IMG/VR virus record: IMGVR_UViG_3300025608_000026 | Span: 1 to 57,251 of that record | Length of the DNA stretch: 57,251 nucleotides | Strand: one strand, 5' to 3' | Source of the DNA: a virus | Lineage: Duplodnaviria > Caudoviricetes | Translations under genes and position numbers: made by a program | In this document: piece by piece, positions 1-10,800 of the stretch | Numbering within the stretch: the first letter of the stretch is position 1 | Layout of the letters: each line of letters opens with the position of its first letter | Notes under the pieces: model-generated | Seen by the model: only the letters and a program-made list of their open reading frames with translations | Database searches by the model: none | Told to the model about the DNA's origin: nothing

Positions 1-222
1 TGCATCAGTCTGTTGCGCTTGAAATTGTGATGCTTGTTGGTTTACAGTTAGATCTTCGTAGGTATTTTCCATACCAGCGAACTCATTTGTAAGTTGAAAA
101 TTTCTAAAATTATTTTTGTCTGCTTGAAATTCTGCATTAGCAGCTTTTTGTTCTCTTTTACGAGCACCGCTTCCGATCATTGACCCAACTATCTGTGCTG
201 TACTTCCTATTATTTGTCCCAT
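1..222 (-). CDS. Putative internal virion/ejection protein, N-terminal part (runs off window edge)
   Basis: Manual translation from ATG 222: MGQIIGSTAQIVGSMIGSGARKREQKAANAEFQ...ENTYEDLTVNQQASQF. Gly-rich hydrophobic N-terminus followed by an Ala/Gln-rich helix; lies downstream of the tail genes. Confidence 0.55.
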   Translation of the reverse strand, partial: MGQIIGSTAQIVGSMIGSGARKREQKAANAEFQADKNNFRNFQLTNEFAGMENTYEDLTVNQQASQFQAQQTDA

Positions 223-223
223 G

Positions 224-628
224 TTAGTATTGTATTATTAATTCATAGCTCGGTGTTTTATCCACCGTGAATCCTGCTTGTTTATATTGTTCTAATAACA
301 CGCCTGGTTTTGCCCAGGCAAATGAATATTTACACCCTAGATCTTCTGCGAAGCCAGTTGTAAAATCCACCAATAACTGTAATGCGTCACTTCTATCGTT
401 ATCCTTATAATATCTATCGGAAATAACTATAGCTGGAATTGCAGTCTTTGAATTTGTTGTGTAAAGAAACATTGCCGCGATTGGGTCATGTTCTTTACAT
501 ACCATAAAGCCACCTAAACCGTTTTCAGGTAAAAAGTCTCTTTGCGGTACAGCTTGATCGTAAGCTTCCCACCAAGATGGTAGGAAACCCCAATCAGATT
601 CTATTAATTTTCTTACTTGTAATTTCAT
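224..628 (-). CDS. GNAT-like acetyltransferase-fold protein
   Basis: 134 aa; VRKL N-terminus, GGFMV..AAMFLY strands, C-terminal LLEQYKQAGF resembling the GNAT Y-xx-GF motif; position beside internal virion genes. Confidence 0.5.
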   Translation of the reverse strand: MKLQVRKLIESDWGFLPSWWEAYDQAVPQRDFLPENGLGGFMVCKEHDPIAAMFLYTTNSKTAIPAIVISDRYYKDNDRSDALQLLVDFTTGFAEDLGCKYSFAWAKPGVLLEQYKQAGFTVDKTPSYELIIQY

Positions 629-951
629 TAAATACTTGATTGAAATACCTCGCTAGATATAGCGTATAATTCAGCTCTATCCGTGCTGTCGTTAACTAAT
701 GTTGTTGTAGCTTCATATCCTATAATGCCAGAAACCTCTGTTTCAGCTGGCTTAGAAAAGAATATATAATCGTCATTCGCTGGTATTGCTACGTTTAAAC
801 TTCTATTTACATTGCAAGATAGCCTATCGTTTGCTACAGAAATAACAGCGCCTAATTTTACAGGTGTTGAGTTTTGTAAATAATAAACAGTATCCCCCAA
901 AGAGAGGGATACGTTTATTTTATTGTTAAATGTTAATACTATTTCTTCCAT
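628..951 (-). CDS. Hypothetical structural protein
   Basis: 107-aa beta-rich ORF in the tail operon, TAATG-coupled to the next gene. Confidence 0.5.
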   Translation of the reverse strand: MEEIVLTFNNKINVSLSLGDTVYYLQNSTPVKLGAVISVANDRLSCNVNRSLNVAIPANDDYIFFSKPAETEVSGIIGYEATTTLVNDSTDRAELYAISSEVFQSSI

Positions 952-967
952 CGTATAGTTTAAATAA

Positions 968-3900
968 TTATGTTACAGTTATATTAATTTTCAACCCGTA
1001 ATGCATTGTTTTAACTGGATGATGATAAGAGCCTGGTTCAACACCAGTAGTGTCAATAGAAAGTTCAACTTCTCCATAATCAATTTGTGTTAATGTAACC
1101 GAATCTATACGATTGTTTGTAGACCCTGCGATATAATACTCCTCTGGTGACAATACAGTATCGTTGGCAACAAAATTTCCTATTGCTGTGTGTCCCCCAA
1201 AACCAGTAGATGTGTATTCAGGTGCCACTGCCATACGAAGGCGTAGCTTTTTTATTGTGCCACTCGGTATAAATACCTCTTCTGTACCTGTATAAAACCT
1301 TGGAATCACCCAGCCATTAAGGAAATACATTGCTCCCCCTAAGAAAACCCCGCCATCATAAGCTTTGAAGTAAGGAGTTCTATCAACCGCATACCCTCGA
1401 GCATAAATAGTAGGTGCATACCAACTACTGCTACGAATATCAAAACTAGATGCAGGATGCTCGCCATAGGGTGGATACCCCTTTATTGCACTGAAAGAAA
1501 ATTTATCAGACAACTTGCCAGCTACTCCTCCGGTCCATTCATATAATGCTTGCCCTGTGCTTGGCAAAAAATGGATGATGCCTCCGACGTTGGGAATAAG
1601 CCACCTACCATCTGAAATAACACCTAATTGAGGTATACCAACCAACTCTCTGTCCGCATTATAAGTGTCACGAGCAAGGCCTTCGTTTGTTCTACCATAC
1701 CAACCGGCATAAACAAAAGGCTGCCATACAAATTCATTTGATTTATAAGGGTTTGAAAAATAAGCCCAAGTTGCCGGACCGATATATCCCTCGTTAACGC
1801 TTACTCCAATAATTACATCTTCAACACCGTCCGCTGACAACGTTATGGTAGCAAACGTAGCTACCTGTCCATTGCCATTTCCTACAGCATCATAAGTTAC
1901 AGTGCCATCACCAGTTCCAGAAGAGCCTGACGTAATGTTAACAATGCTAGGGTCGGAAGAAACTGCCGTCCAGTTTAACGCGCTGTCATTAGTTGTTACC
2001 AATATTGTTTCCCCAACGGAGCCTAAATTAGTAATAGTTTTATTTAAATAACTAGGGTTTAAATAAAGATCAGCCGCTGCTTGTTTAAGGGTGATTGTAT
2101 TCTCTGTGTTTCCGGAAGTAGTTCTTACTTTTAAATCTATGCTTTCGTTTACGTACAAAGTGTTTTCTGAAACATCTAAAAATACCACTCTATTGTTACT
2201 TGGTTGTACTTGATAAGTTATGGTCCTAACGGGATTTGAAGATATTTCAACACTCCCATTAACACTTAAAATATTTCCATTAACATCTCTTAAGTTTTCA
2301 TCCCAATCTCCTGAAAAATAAACATAAGCAGATGTACCGCCGACCGCAGCGTAATTAAGTGTAGCGTTAGAACCTGTGCTATTAATAGTTAACTGACTTT
2401 GAGCAATGCCGCCGTCTGTAATACTAAAACTTTCGGGGTTTGCTGCCGCAACATTTATTGTTATAACAATATCACTAACATTTGGCGCTGATAAAGTTAT
2501 TGTTTCTGAATATGCCGAACTGCCTAAAACACTGTTTGGTTGAGCGCTAAAATTTAGCGTACCGCTTCCAGAGCCGCTAGAATTTGATACAAAATTAACT
2601 AAGCTAGGATTAGACGATGTTGCTGTCCATGCAAGCCTTCTGTCATTTATAGTTATAGCTATTGGACTGCTAGTTGTACCACCGTTATCTAAATTTATAG
2701 TAGTTTCGTCTACAGACCAAGCTAAGGGCGCAGTAGTAACTGTTATGGATGTTAAAACTGTATCACCATTAGCATCTACATAATTATTATATTGCCCAGC
2801 CCCAGGCTCCAGTCTAATAGCACTGAATAAAGCATTGAAGCTTTCTGTTCCAGATATAGTTGGGGTTGGAAGCTCAAACGTAAACTCTGGAGATGTTACA
2901 AAGTTACCACCTCGGGCTGTATGTGCGCCTTCAGGAATAGGGTCGGGTACCGCAAACGCCAGTGGGAGGGTACTGCCTTCCGCATCTCCGGCTTGTCTCC
3001 ACCCGGCAGATGTGCTAGTAGCGTCGTTATTACTTGTAAACCTAAACTTTAAAGGAGTAGACGTTGGTGCGTTTGTTGGGTCAAAATCTACAGCCTCTAC
3101 ACTTATAGTTGTGTATTCATCAAAATTTATTGCCTGAGTAAGTTGTATGTTTTTTGATATACTAGGGTCAGTAACAGATGTAATCGTAGCAGTGCCGTTT
3201 TTTACTGTGGTACCTGTATTAGCCTCTAAAGGCGTTATTGTAACAGCAGTTGTTCCATCTGAACCTGTTGCAGGTGTTAAATCAAAAGCACTAATTACAA
3301 TAGGATGTGAGATAGTAACTACATCGCCAACAGAAGCTATACCTTGAAAATTATATCCAAAAACTGTTATTCTGTCCGGATTACCGTTATTTACATTATA
3401 CCCAGGTTCTCCACCTAAAGATCCACCGCCTGAAACTAACGTAGTGCCATTAATTGTTATACTTACATTAACGTTGGGATCTGAAAAAGCTGCTCTTAAA
3501 GCTGCTATTTTAGCATCAAAAGCTGATTGGCTTTGAGCGGTTACCGGGAAATTGGGACTACCGCTTCCTCTTATGTCAAAATAACTAGACGCTACAACGT
3601 TTAAACTGGTGTCTACTACAAAATTAAATTCATTATAATTAGTAACACCCGCATCTCCTGTAATTGTTGATGTAAACCCACCTGCACCAGAGGAACTATC
3701 AACATAAACGTCCATTGTGGTTGAAGTCGTTGTAGAATCAAAAGCATGGCTTGTTTTTTCTACAGTAGTTCCTGATTCGTATGTTTTAATTTCTACAGCA
3801 GGATCTCCTTCCGCAATGTTTATATATATTATTATATCATCAAAACCATCCGCTGATAATGTTATAGTCTCTTCATCTAAAGCATCTCCTATACTGTTTG

Positions 3901-6900
3901 CTGATGCGGTATAGGTAATAGTACCATTACCGGTTCCAGAAGAGCCTGATGTAATGTTAACAACGCTGCTATTTGATGAGACTGCTGTCCAGCTTGACGC
4001 TTGGTTAGTGGCCTCTACCGTTATAGTATTATCAACAGCACCTGTATTTGCTATATCAATATAAGTTGGAAAAGCATATAACTCGTCTAACTCAATTGGA
4101 GCTATAGAAACGTTTACAATTTGGTCTTGCTTTCCTGGGGAAGAAACTGTTATTATAGCCTCTTTAGGAGTTGCTTCGCCTGTATTAGAAGCTGCGTTAA
4201 ACGTAATTGTACCAGTTCCAGTTCCATTTGCTCCATTCGTTATATTAGCTATGTTGACATCAGAAGACACCGCTGTCCAAGATCTGCTGTTTGATGCTAA
4301 AATATCTATGATGTTATTGTTCTGCCCGTCATTTGGTATTTGAAAAAACTGCGGGGTAACAACAAAACTATCATCTGTTGGACCTTCTGCAATATTAATT
4401 GGTACCACAATATCATCAAATCCTTCTGACGAAAATGTTATATTGGTAGATTTTGCAATATCAAAAGGTAATACTACAGGAATGCTAACAAAAACATCAT
4501 TTGTTCCCACCCCAGTGCTATTGGAAGCAATTTGAGCAATATTTTCATTTTCTATTACAGCTGTCCAACTAATCGTAGATGAATTAGAAGCTACTGTTAT
4601 TGTTTTTTGAGTTGAATATTCATCAAAATTTAAAGGCGATGGAGTGGCTGTAAACGTTACAGCATCCCCAGCATAAACAGTTATAGAATAAACTAAGTCA
4701 GGAAGGCCTGGCGAAGATATAGTTACAGTAGCGTTGGTTTGGGGTTCTCCAGGCGCATTGCCTGTAGCTGTATAATCAATACTCCCGTAGCCACCTGTGT
4801 TTGGTCCAATACTATCTATTTGTACTACCGCATCATCAGATGATACCGCAGTCCACGTAAGATTTGGGTTGTTGTGAGTAATATTTATATTATTTATCTG
4901 ATCGGGCAGTATATTGTTTGGCAAATCACGAGAATAAGAAACTAGACTCCAAACCGTTGTAACACCAACAGCTACATTAATGGTTATAACTATATCTGTT
5001 TGGCCGGGTGCAGACAAAGTAATTGTAGCGGAGGTGGCTGCAGCATCGAAACCATTAGGGGAAGCTGTATAAACAACTGTACCGCTCCCTGTTCCTGAGC
5101 TTCCTGAAGTTATATTAACAACGTTAGGATCTGACGATACAGCAGTCCAAACAAGACCAGTGTTTGTAGTGTTGACTAATATAGTTTGTGCTGTTGCACC
5201 TGTATTAGGGTGATTTATTTCGCTGTTAGATGTAGTGCTGAATGTTGTAATAGTTTCTGTTTGTGTAACATTTATTACTATGTCAGATTGATCTACCGCT
5301 CTTATAGTTAAAAAACCTGATGTTGATCCATCATAACCATTGCTTTGAGGCACTTGAATGCGTAGCGTGGTTGTTCCGTCGCTATATGGTACAGAAATAG
5401 CAGACTCCAATGTAATTCCTTCAACGGAAAAAACAACGCCATCACCGCTAGGTATTAAACTAGCATCTATCGTGTGATTTAACACAAAAGAAACATCAAT
5501 AGCATCGCCATTTGTTGATGATATATCTCCTTGTAATGTATTAAAAATTATTTCGCTACGAGTTGGATCAAGTGGGAAAGCGTCGCTTACGTCAGCAACC
5601 CCGTCGCCATCATCGTCTAAATCTGTAACATCAGGATCTCCATCAGTGTCTGTGTCTATATATGCGTTGCCATTAATAGAAATATTTACGTCATTGCTGT
5701 TTCCTAAATGAGTTCCGCTTAAAGCGCCGTCTAACTGAGTATATGTAGGCCCGGCTCCAACTAACGTAGGGCCGGTAATAGCCACGGTTCCATCGCCGGA
5801 AGTGGTCAAGCTAACTAAATGTGGGTTATCAAAAACTAATCCGCTATCGCTAGTTATAGTATAATTTTTATTCCAAGATCTGCCTTCAATATTTACAATG
5901 CTAGATAAATTGTCAATAGTCATTGTAGTTTGAGCTTCGTTAACCCCTCTATTGTTATCCCCAGAATTAAAAAAAACTGTTGAAATTGCTTTTGGCCCAC
6001 CGGTTGGCGTAAAGTCAAATAAAGCAGGGGAAGGCCCGTGAACCCCTTGTAACACCCAGCTCACTGTAATTGTTGATGTTGGTGTTCCGTTAAAAGCTAA
6101 GCCAGAAAGAGAAGCAATTGTTGGGCTAATTGATATAGAGGCTATATTGTTTTGAGAATGCCCATTAGCAACAAAACTATTAACAGTAGCTGCAAAGTCT
6201 GTGTCATGCCACGTAAACCCATCTATCGCGGTTAAAACTACGCTAAGCTCTGTTCCTGTAACTGTTGCACCAGCCGCTGAGCCAACGTACGTTATTGTTT
6301 TTTTACTTACTGTATAATTTGGGCCATCAGTAAAGTTTAATACAACCGCTGGCCTTATAAAAGCAACAATGTTAGTTAATTGTATTTCATACAAAGCGTC
6401 TTCATTTTGCATAATTCCACCGGAATATTCTAAAAATAATAGTAAATTTCCGTCGTCGTCCAAAGAAGCGGTTCCTTGACAAAAATCAATACCAGGATCA
6501 ATGTCTGCAGTAACAAGAGATATTTCTTCATTAATTTTTAGATTAACTAAATTTGCAGCAACCTCAGCAGCTGTCCCAAGCAATGTCCATGAATCAGCAC
6601 CTGGACTAATCGTTAACCTTATAAAACCTCCATCAAATTTTTGTCCTTCTTCTAGTGGACCTATAACTGTATCATGGGTCCATTCTGTTGCAGATATAAC
6701 TGCTCCGCCTTGAACAGGCTGAGGTACATCTACGTCATTTGTTTGAAATCTAATTGTTACTTTGCTAGTTGTGTCTTGTTTTAGTGTAGCTAAAACTACG
6801 TTTGTAGCCTCCGAACCCTCTTCAGCTACAACTTCAAAGCTCCAGTCTATATTGGTAACGTCGTCGTTTGTATCTGGGTCGCATATAGCGTTGTCTGCTG

Positions 6901-7834
6901 AAGCATCAGTTGCTGAACTTGGTATTCTAACCGTTTGCGTAAAAGCGCCATTAGAATCAATTAAAACAACTATAGATATAGCTGGATATGTTGCAGATGA
7001 TGTTGATGGAGTTACGGTTGGTGTAATATTAACAGTTGCTTGAGCCCCTGCATCACCTGTTGCTGTAATAATTATAAAACCACCATTTAAGCCATCAAGA
7101 TTATCTGTATTAACATCTATGTTTTCAATTGATAATGTTTCTACTACATTAAAATCTTCAATTGGCACAGTTACAATATTACCACCGCTGCTATCGGTAA
7201 TGTCACCTGTCGTTACAGCAACGTCGCCTAGCACTAAATCATCATTTGGGATAACTACAATTATGTCGTATACTAAGTCGCCATCGTTGTTTAAAACACC
7301 ATCACCTAATTCAAAAGGCGTTGGTAAATCAATAGTTAAATCATCTGGATCACCATCATTGTTTGTATCAGGCAATTCGTTTTCTTCATCTGATTTTATT
7401 ATCAATTCACCTACTACTATTTCGTCCCCCTCTTCCCCGTCAACAATTACGTCGAGTGTACCATCAGTAATTAAGTTGCCATCAGCGTCTAAAACGTCAA
7501 ATTCAAAACCATCGCTGGGAGTGTCATCAAAAGTAATGTCCCCCTCTACAGTTATGCTTGAAATAGCCGCGTCTCCAGTTAAATCTAAATTAGATTCAAT
7601 ATCTTCTTCTCCGTAGTTTATAGAATCAATTAAATCAAATGTTATTACAACGTTTGCTCCAACCTTTGTTTTAACAATATTTTCATATATATTATTAGGG
7701 TCGTTAATTGAAAAATCAGCTGTTCTTAGCCTAAAGCCAGGAAGCGGAGTAAGCTCCAGCGTAACAGTCTGAGTGCCAGCGCTGGTGCCTATTTGCCCAG
7801 TTATACTAGTTATAGTATACGTATAATTAGCCAT
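968..7834 (-). CDS. Large acidic virion surface protein with BACON/Ig-like repeats and TSP3-like Ca-binding motifs
   Basis: 2288 aa; seven W-T-A-x-S-S...GTG..T(V/I)xY-type repeats; motif DTDTDGDPDVTDLDDDGDGVADVSDAFPLDP; aromatic-rich C-terminal domain. Confidence 0.75.
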   Translation of the reverse strand: MANYTYTITSITGQIGTSAGTQTVTLELTPLPGFRLRTADFSINDPNNIYENIVKTKVGANVVITFDLIDSINYGEEDIESNLDLTGDAAISSITVEGDITFDDTPSDGFEFDVLDADGNLITDGTLDVIVDGEEGDEIVVGELIIKSDEENELPDTNNDGDPDDLTIDLPTPFELGDGVLNNDGDLVYDIIVVIPNDDLVLGDVAVTTGDITDSSGGNIVTVPIEDFNVVETLSIENIDVNTDNLDGLNGGFIIITATGDAGAQATVNITPTVTPSTSSATYPAISIVVLIDSNGAFTQTVRIPSSATDASADNAICDPDTNDDVTNIDWSFEVVAEEGSEATNVVLATLKQDTTSKVTIRFQTNDVDVPQPVQGGAVISATEWTHDTVIGPLEEGQKFDGGFIRLTISPGADSWTLLGTAAEVAANLVNLKINEEISLVTADIDPGIDFCQGTASLDDDGNLLLFLEYSGGIMQNEDALYEIQLTNIVAFIRPAVVLNFTDGPNYTVSKKTITYVGSAAGATVTGTELSVVLTAIDGFTWHDTDFAATVNSFVANGHSQNNIASISISPTIASLSGLAFNGTPTSTITVSWVLQGVHGPSPALFDFTPTGGPKAISTVFFNSGDNNRGVNEAQTTMTIDNLSSIVNIEGRSWNKNYTITSDSGLVFDNPHLVSLTTSGDGTVAITGPTLVGAGPTYTQLDGALSGTHLGNSNDVNISINGNAYIDTDTDGDPDVTDLDDDGDGVADVSDAFPLDPTRSEIIFNTLQGDISSTNGDAIDVSFVLNHTIDASLIPSGDGVVFSVEGITLESAISVPYSDGTTTLRIQVPQSNGYDGSTSGFLTIRAVDQSDIVINVTQTETITTFSTTSNSEINHPNTGATAQTILVNTTNTGLVWTAVSSDPNVVNITSGSSGTGSGTVVYTASPNGFDAAATSATITLSAPGQTDIVITINVAVGVTTVWSLVSYSRDLPNNILPDQINNINITHNNPNLTWTAVSSDDAVVQIDSIGPNTGGYGSIDYTATGNAPGEPQTNATVTISSPGLPDLVYSITVYAGDAVTFTATPSPLNFDEYSTQKTITVASNSSTISWTAVIENENIAQIASNSTGVGTNDVFVSIPVVLPFDIAKSTNITFSSEGFDDIVVPINIAEGPTDDSFVVTPQFFQIPNDGQNNNIIDILASNSRSWTAVSSDVNIANITNGANGTGTGTITFNAASNTGEATPKEAIITVSSPGKQDQIVNVSIAPIELDELYAFPTYIDIANTGAVDNTITVEATNQASSWTAVSSNSSVVNITSGSSGTGNGTITYTASANSIGDALDEETITLSADGFDDIIIYINIAEGDPAVEIKTYESGTTVEKTSHAFDSTTTSTTMDVYVDSSSGAGGFTSTITGDAGVTNYNEFNFVVDTSLNVVASSYFDIRGSGSPNFPVTAQSQSAFDAKIAALRAAFSDPNVNVSITINGTTLVSGGGSLGGEPGYNVNNGNPDRITVFGYNFQGIASVGDVVTISHPIVISAFDLTPATGSDGTTAVTITPLEANTGTTVKNGTATITSVTDPSISKNIQLTQAINFDEYTTISVEAVDFDPTNAPTSTPLKFRFTSNNDATSTSAGWRQAGDAEGSTLPLAFAVPDPIPEGAHTARGGNFVTSPEFTFELPTPTISGTESFNALFSAIRLEPGAGQYNNYVDANGDTVLTSITVTTAPLAWSVDETTINLDNGGTTSSPIAITINDRRLAWTATSSNPSLVNFVSNSSGSGSGTLNFSAQPNSVLGSSAYSETITLSAPNVSDIVITINVAAANPESFSITDGGIAQSQLTINSTGSNATLNYAAVGGTSAYVYFSGDWDENLRDVNGNILSVNGSVEISSNPVRTITYQVQPSNNRVVFLDVSENTLYVNESIDLKVRTTSGNTENTITLKQAAADLYLNPSYLNKTITNLGSVGETILVTTNDSALNWTAVSSDPSIVNITSGSSGTGDGTVTYDAVGNGNGQVATFATITLSADGVEDVIIGVSVNEGYIGPATWAYFSNPYKSNEFVWQPFVYAGWYGRTNEGLARDTYNADRELVGIPQLGVISDGRWLIPNVGGIIHFLPSTGQALYEWTGGVAGKLSDKFSFSAIKGYPPYGEHPASSFDIRSSSWYAPTIYARGYAVDRTPYFKAYDGGVFLGGAMYFLNGWVIPRFYTGTEEVFIPSGTIKKLRLRMAVAPEYTSTGFGGHTAIGNFVANDTVLSPEEYYIAGSTNNRIDSVTLTQIDYGEVELSIDTTGVEPGSYHHPVKTMHYGLKINITVT
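1790..5250 (-). repeat. Intragenic tandem BACON-like domain repeats
   Basis: Copies such as WTAVSSDPNVVNITSGSSGTGSG, WTAVSSNSSVVNITSGSSGTGNG and WTAVSSDPSIVNITSGSSGTGDG; DNA-level similarity (ccagaagagcctga near 1917 and 3936). Confidence 0.75.
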
Positions 7835-7837
7835 ATT

Positions 7838-10800
7838 TTATTGTACATTAAATGTTATTGTAGTGTTTCCGCTTGGTTCTGACGGTGGATTACCATTAAC
7901 TAAGGTAGCGCTGGTCATTGAGCCAATACCAAGATACTCGTTTTGAGATGAGTTTGATTGTATTGAAAACTCATAAGCGTTTTCATTATTAGCTAAGCCA
8001 TTAGATATGCTTTTTAAGTTATCTTTTTTATAAAAATCTATAGGACCGTTCGGATCTATTAAATTATTTAATTCAGTGATAACGTTAACATTGCTAATAC
8101 CATTTATATTGTTATACCATTTACCTTCTTTATTTTCAAAATCAATAACATAACCAGCTTGTTGATCGGTAAGTATAAAAGGAACTTGCCAACCAGCCGT
8201 TCCCTCGTAGTTAATTGTTTTAAAACTTTTAATTGCAGAGGGTTCTTGATTAAATACAGTAGTTAAGTATGATTTATATTGAACATTGTAAAAGTTATTT
8301 CTATTAACGTTTACTGAATTATGCTGCCATATATCACCTTGATTAAATGTATAAAAAATGTTATTAACAGAAACACCAGCTTCTGGCACATATGAAACCC
8401 TAGAAACCCAACCTTTTTGATCTTCAGAAAAAGTTAAACTATAATCGTCTAAAGACAATAAGTATTGTCCATTATAAGAATCATAGCTACCTATTAACTT
8501 GCTTGAATTGGAATTTAGTTTGTCTCTAAAGAAATCACTCATTCCGGATTCTGAAATTTCAGTAATGCCATCTGTTGATATTCTTATGACAGAACCTCTT
8601 GGTCTATCTGTAAAATACATTCTATTCGCATACGATGCAAAAGACGACGGGTCTAGCCCAATACCAAAATCACCTAAAAACGGAGTGGTCTGTCCTAATA
8701 CTCTATTAGAAGCTACAACCTGTGGGTTACCTGAACCACTATACAATATGTCTTTATCAGCCATTATTGTGAACACTTTGCTTTCGCATAAAGCCACTAA
8801 ATTAGTGTCTCTTGTGTGAAGCTTTTGCAAGCTGCCATAGTTGGGTTCCAAATCTTTAGTTATACCATCTGAATAAACAAATTCATTTAACCTGTTTGTT
8901 CCAGTTCTAGAGTTATATATTCCAGAAAATATTAAACCAGCTTTTCTTCTTTCTTTTGCGTAGTTTTCTTGTGGCACATTTACTCTAACGCCCTTAGCCA
9001 TTTGAACAGAATTGAACTTATCAAATACTCTTTGTGTTTCTAAAAACACCCCATCTTTAACAAACGCAATACAATTATAAAAGTCTAGCGTGTGTGTATT
9101 CCCGTGCTCTGCAATAGGTATAGACTTGCTAGCTTCCCAAAATAAGTTAAGATTACTATCTTCAATTTCAGGAACTGTTTCAAACCATATTGTTTGCAAT
9201 GTGTTTACTTCGTTCTCATCATTGAAGGTAGATTGACCTGTTGGTAACTTGTGTAATCCTACTGGAATTTTTAGTTCTTTGCCTAGCAATGTTTTTCTAA
9301 CCGTAAAGTTTTTATTGCTTGTACTTCTTTTTACTTTAGCAAAGAAAGATCCTTGTATATTTTTAAGAGCATTTTCCGTAATCTCGCCTTTAAATATTGC
9401 AAAGTCTTGATCTCTAGGGTTTACTCCAACCGGCTCTTCTAAAACAATTTTCAAGATGTCTCTAACGTCGTGATTTTGGTCATAGTTGTGTTGAGAAAAA
9501 CCTAATGAAATTTCAAGAATTTTTATTTTATTTTCGGTTGATTTAATTGTATCACTTGTGCCTAAATCACCTACTCCATACCAAAGACCCCCTTCTAATT
9601 CAGAAACGTCAATTGTTTGAACCCATTCAGCAGGTTGGATTTCGCTAACATCGTCTCTTACTGACAAACTTCCTAAATTTTCAAAAGCAAGAATATTATT
9701 AAGAGCTGATATTAAAGGTATGTTTTTATATCCACTTGAATTATTACTTATTTCGTAAAAAAGTTCCGTATCGTTTTCAGTGTATAAGCTAGAGTGCTGG
9801 TCGTTGTTACCTCCAAAACCTTCTTTCGTTAAGAACACGCGCTTACTACTGTCAGTTAGAAAATTAAAACTGTCACTTACGTAACCATACTGCACGGTGC
9901 TGCCGACTTTTCTTGTTTCTACAGGCAGCTGGTTTCTAACTATATCTGGAGCTTCGTTTTCAATTTCTATTATACGGTGCTTAGATAAATTTTTAACTAT
10001 ATGGTTAAACTGCTCTACGGGTGGAGCTGTTGCATTAGGATCAACAGGAGTAGATAATGTTCTAAATGTAGTATCAACAATATTCATGTAAACATTCCCC
10101 TTATCTCTTGATCTTTCTTTAAAAATCACAGGACGCACTCTGTCGCCCACCTCTAGTTGATACTCTACGGTAACATAAAACCTAAAGTCTTTTTCGCTAT
10201 TACCATCCTTTTTTATGTCTGTTATTATATAGTTTGCTGCTCTTTCATATCCAACCCCGCCTGGTTGGCTGCTGAGACTCGCAAAAGTTTGATTATTTTT
10301 TACTTTTTGAAAAGAAGCGTTGGAGCGTATAAAAGCATTATTTTTATTGAACGCTTTAGTTCTTCTAACAAAATTAAGGTCTCCTTCAAACTCAAAAGAA
10401 TAGTTACCCGCAACAGTACATGTAAAAATCCAATCAGGGTTGTTGCATGTACTATTAAGCCCGTTATGTTTTGCCGACTGGTCGGAAGTGCCTGCAACAC
10501 CAGGAGCCCAAATAACGGTATTCCTGGTTTCTAAATCCTCACTTTTGTCTACATTAAAGTTAATAGTATTTAAACTTCCGTCTGTAATATCACTAGACTG
10601 TTTAGTAAAAGCAAGTGAGTTAGTACCGTTACCGGTGATTAGATCACCGTGAGTATGTCTTCTAGGTATTATAAAAGTATCTTCACTTACTTTATTTCTG
10701 TCATTAGAATCTATTTGCAACCATATAAACTCGCTATTGTCTTTATCTCCATCGCCATCATTAAACGTGTTGTAAACAGGAAAATTATGGTGGTCGTTAG

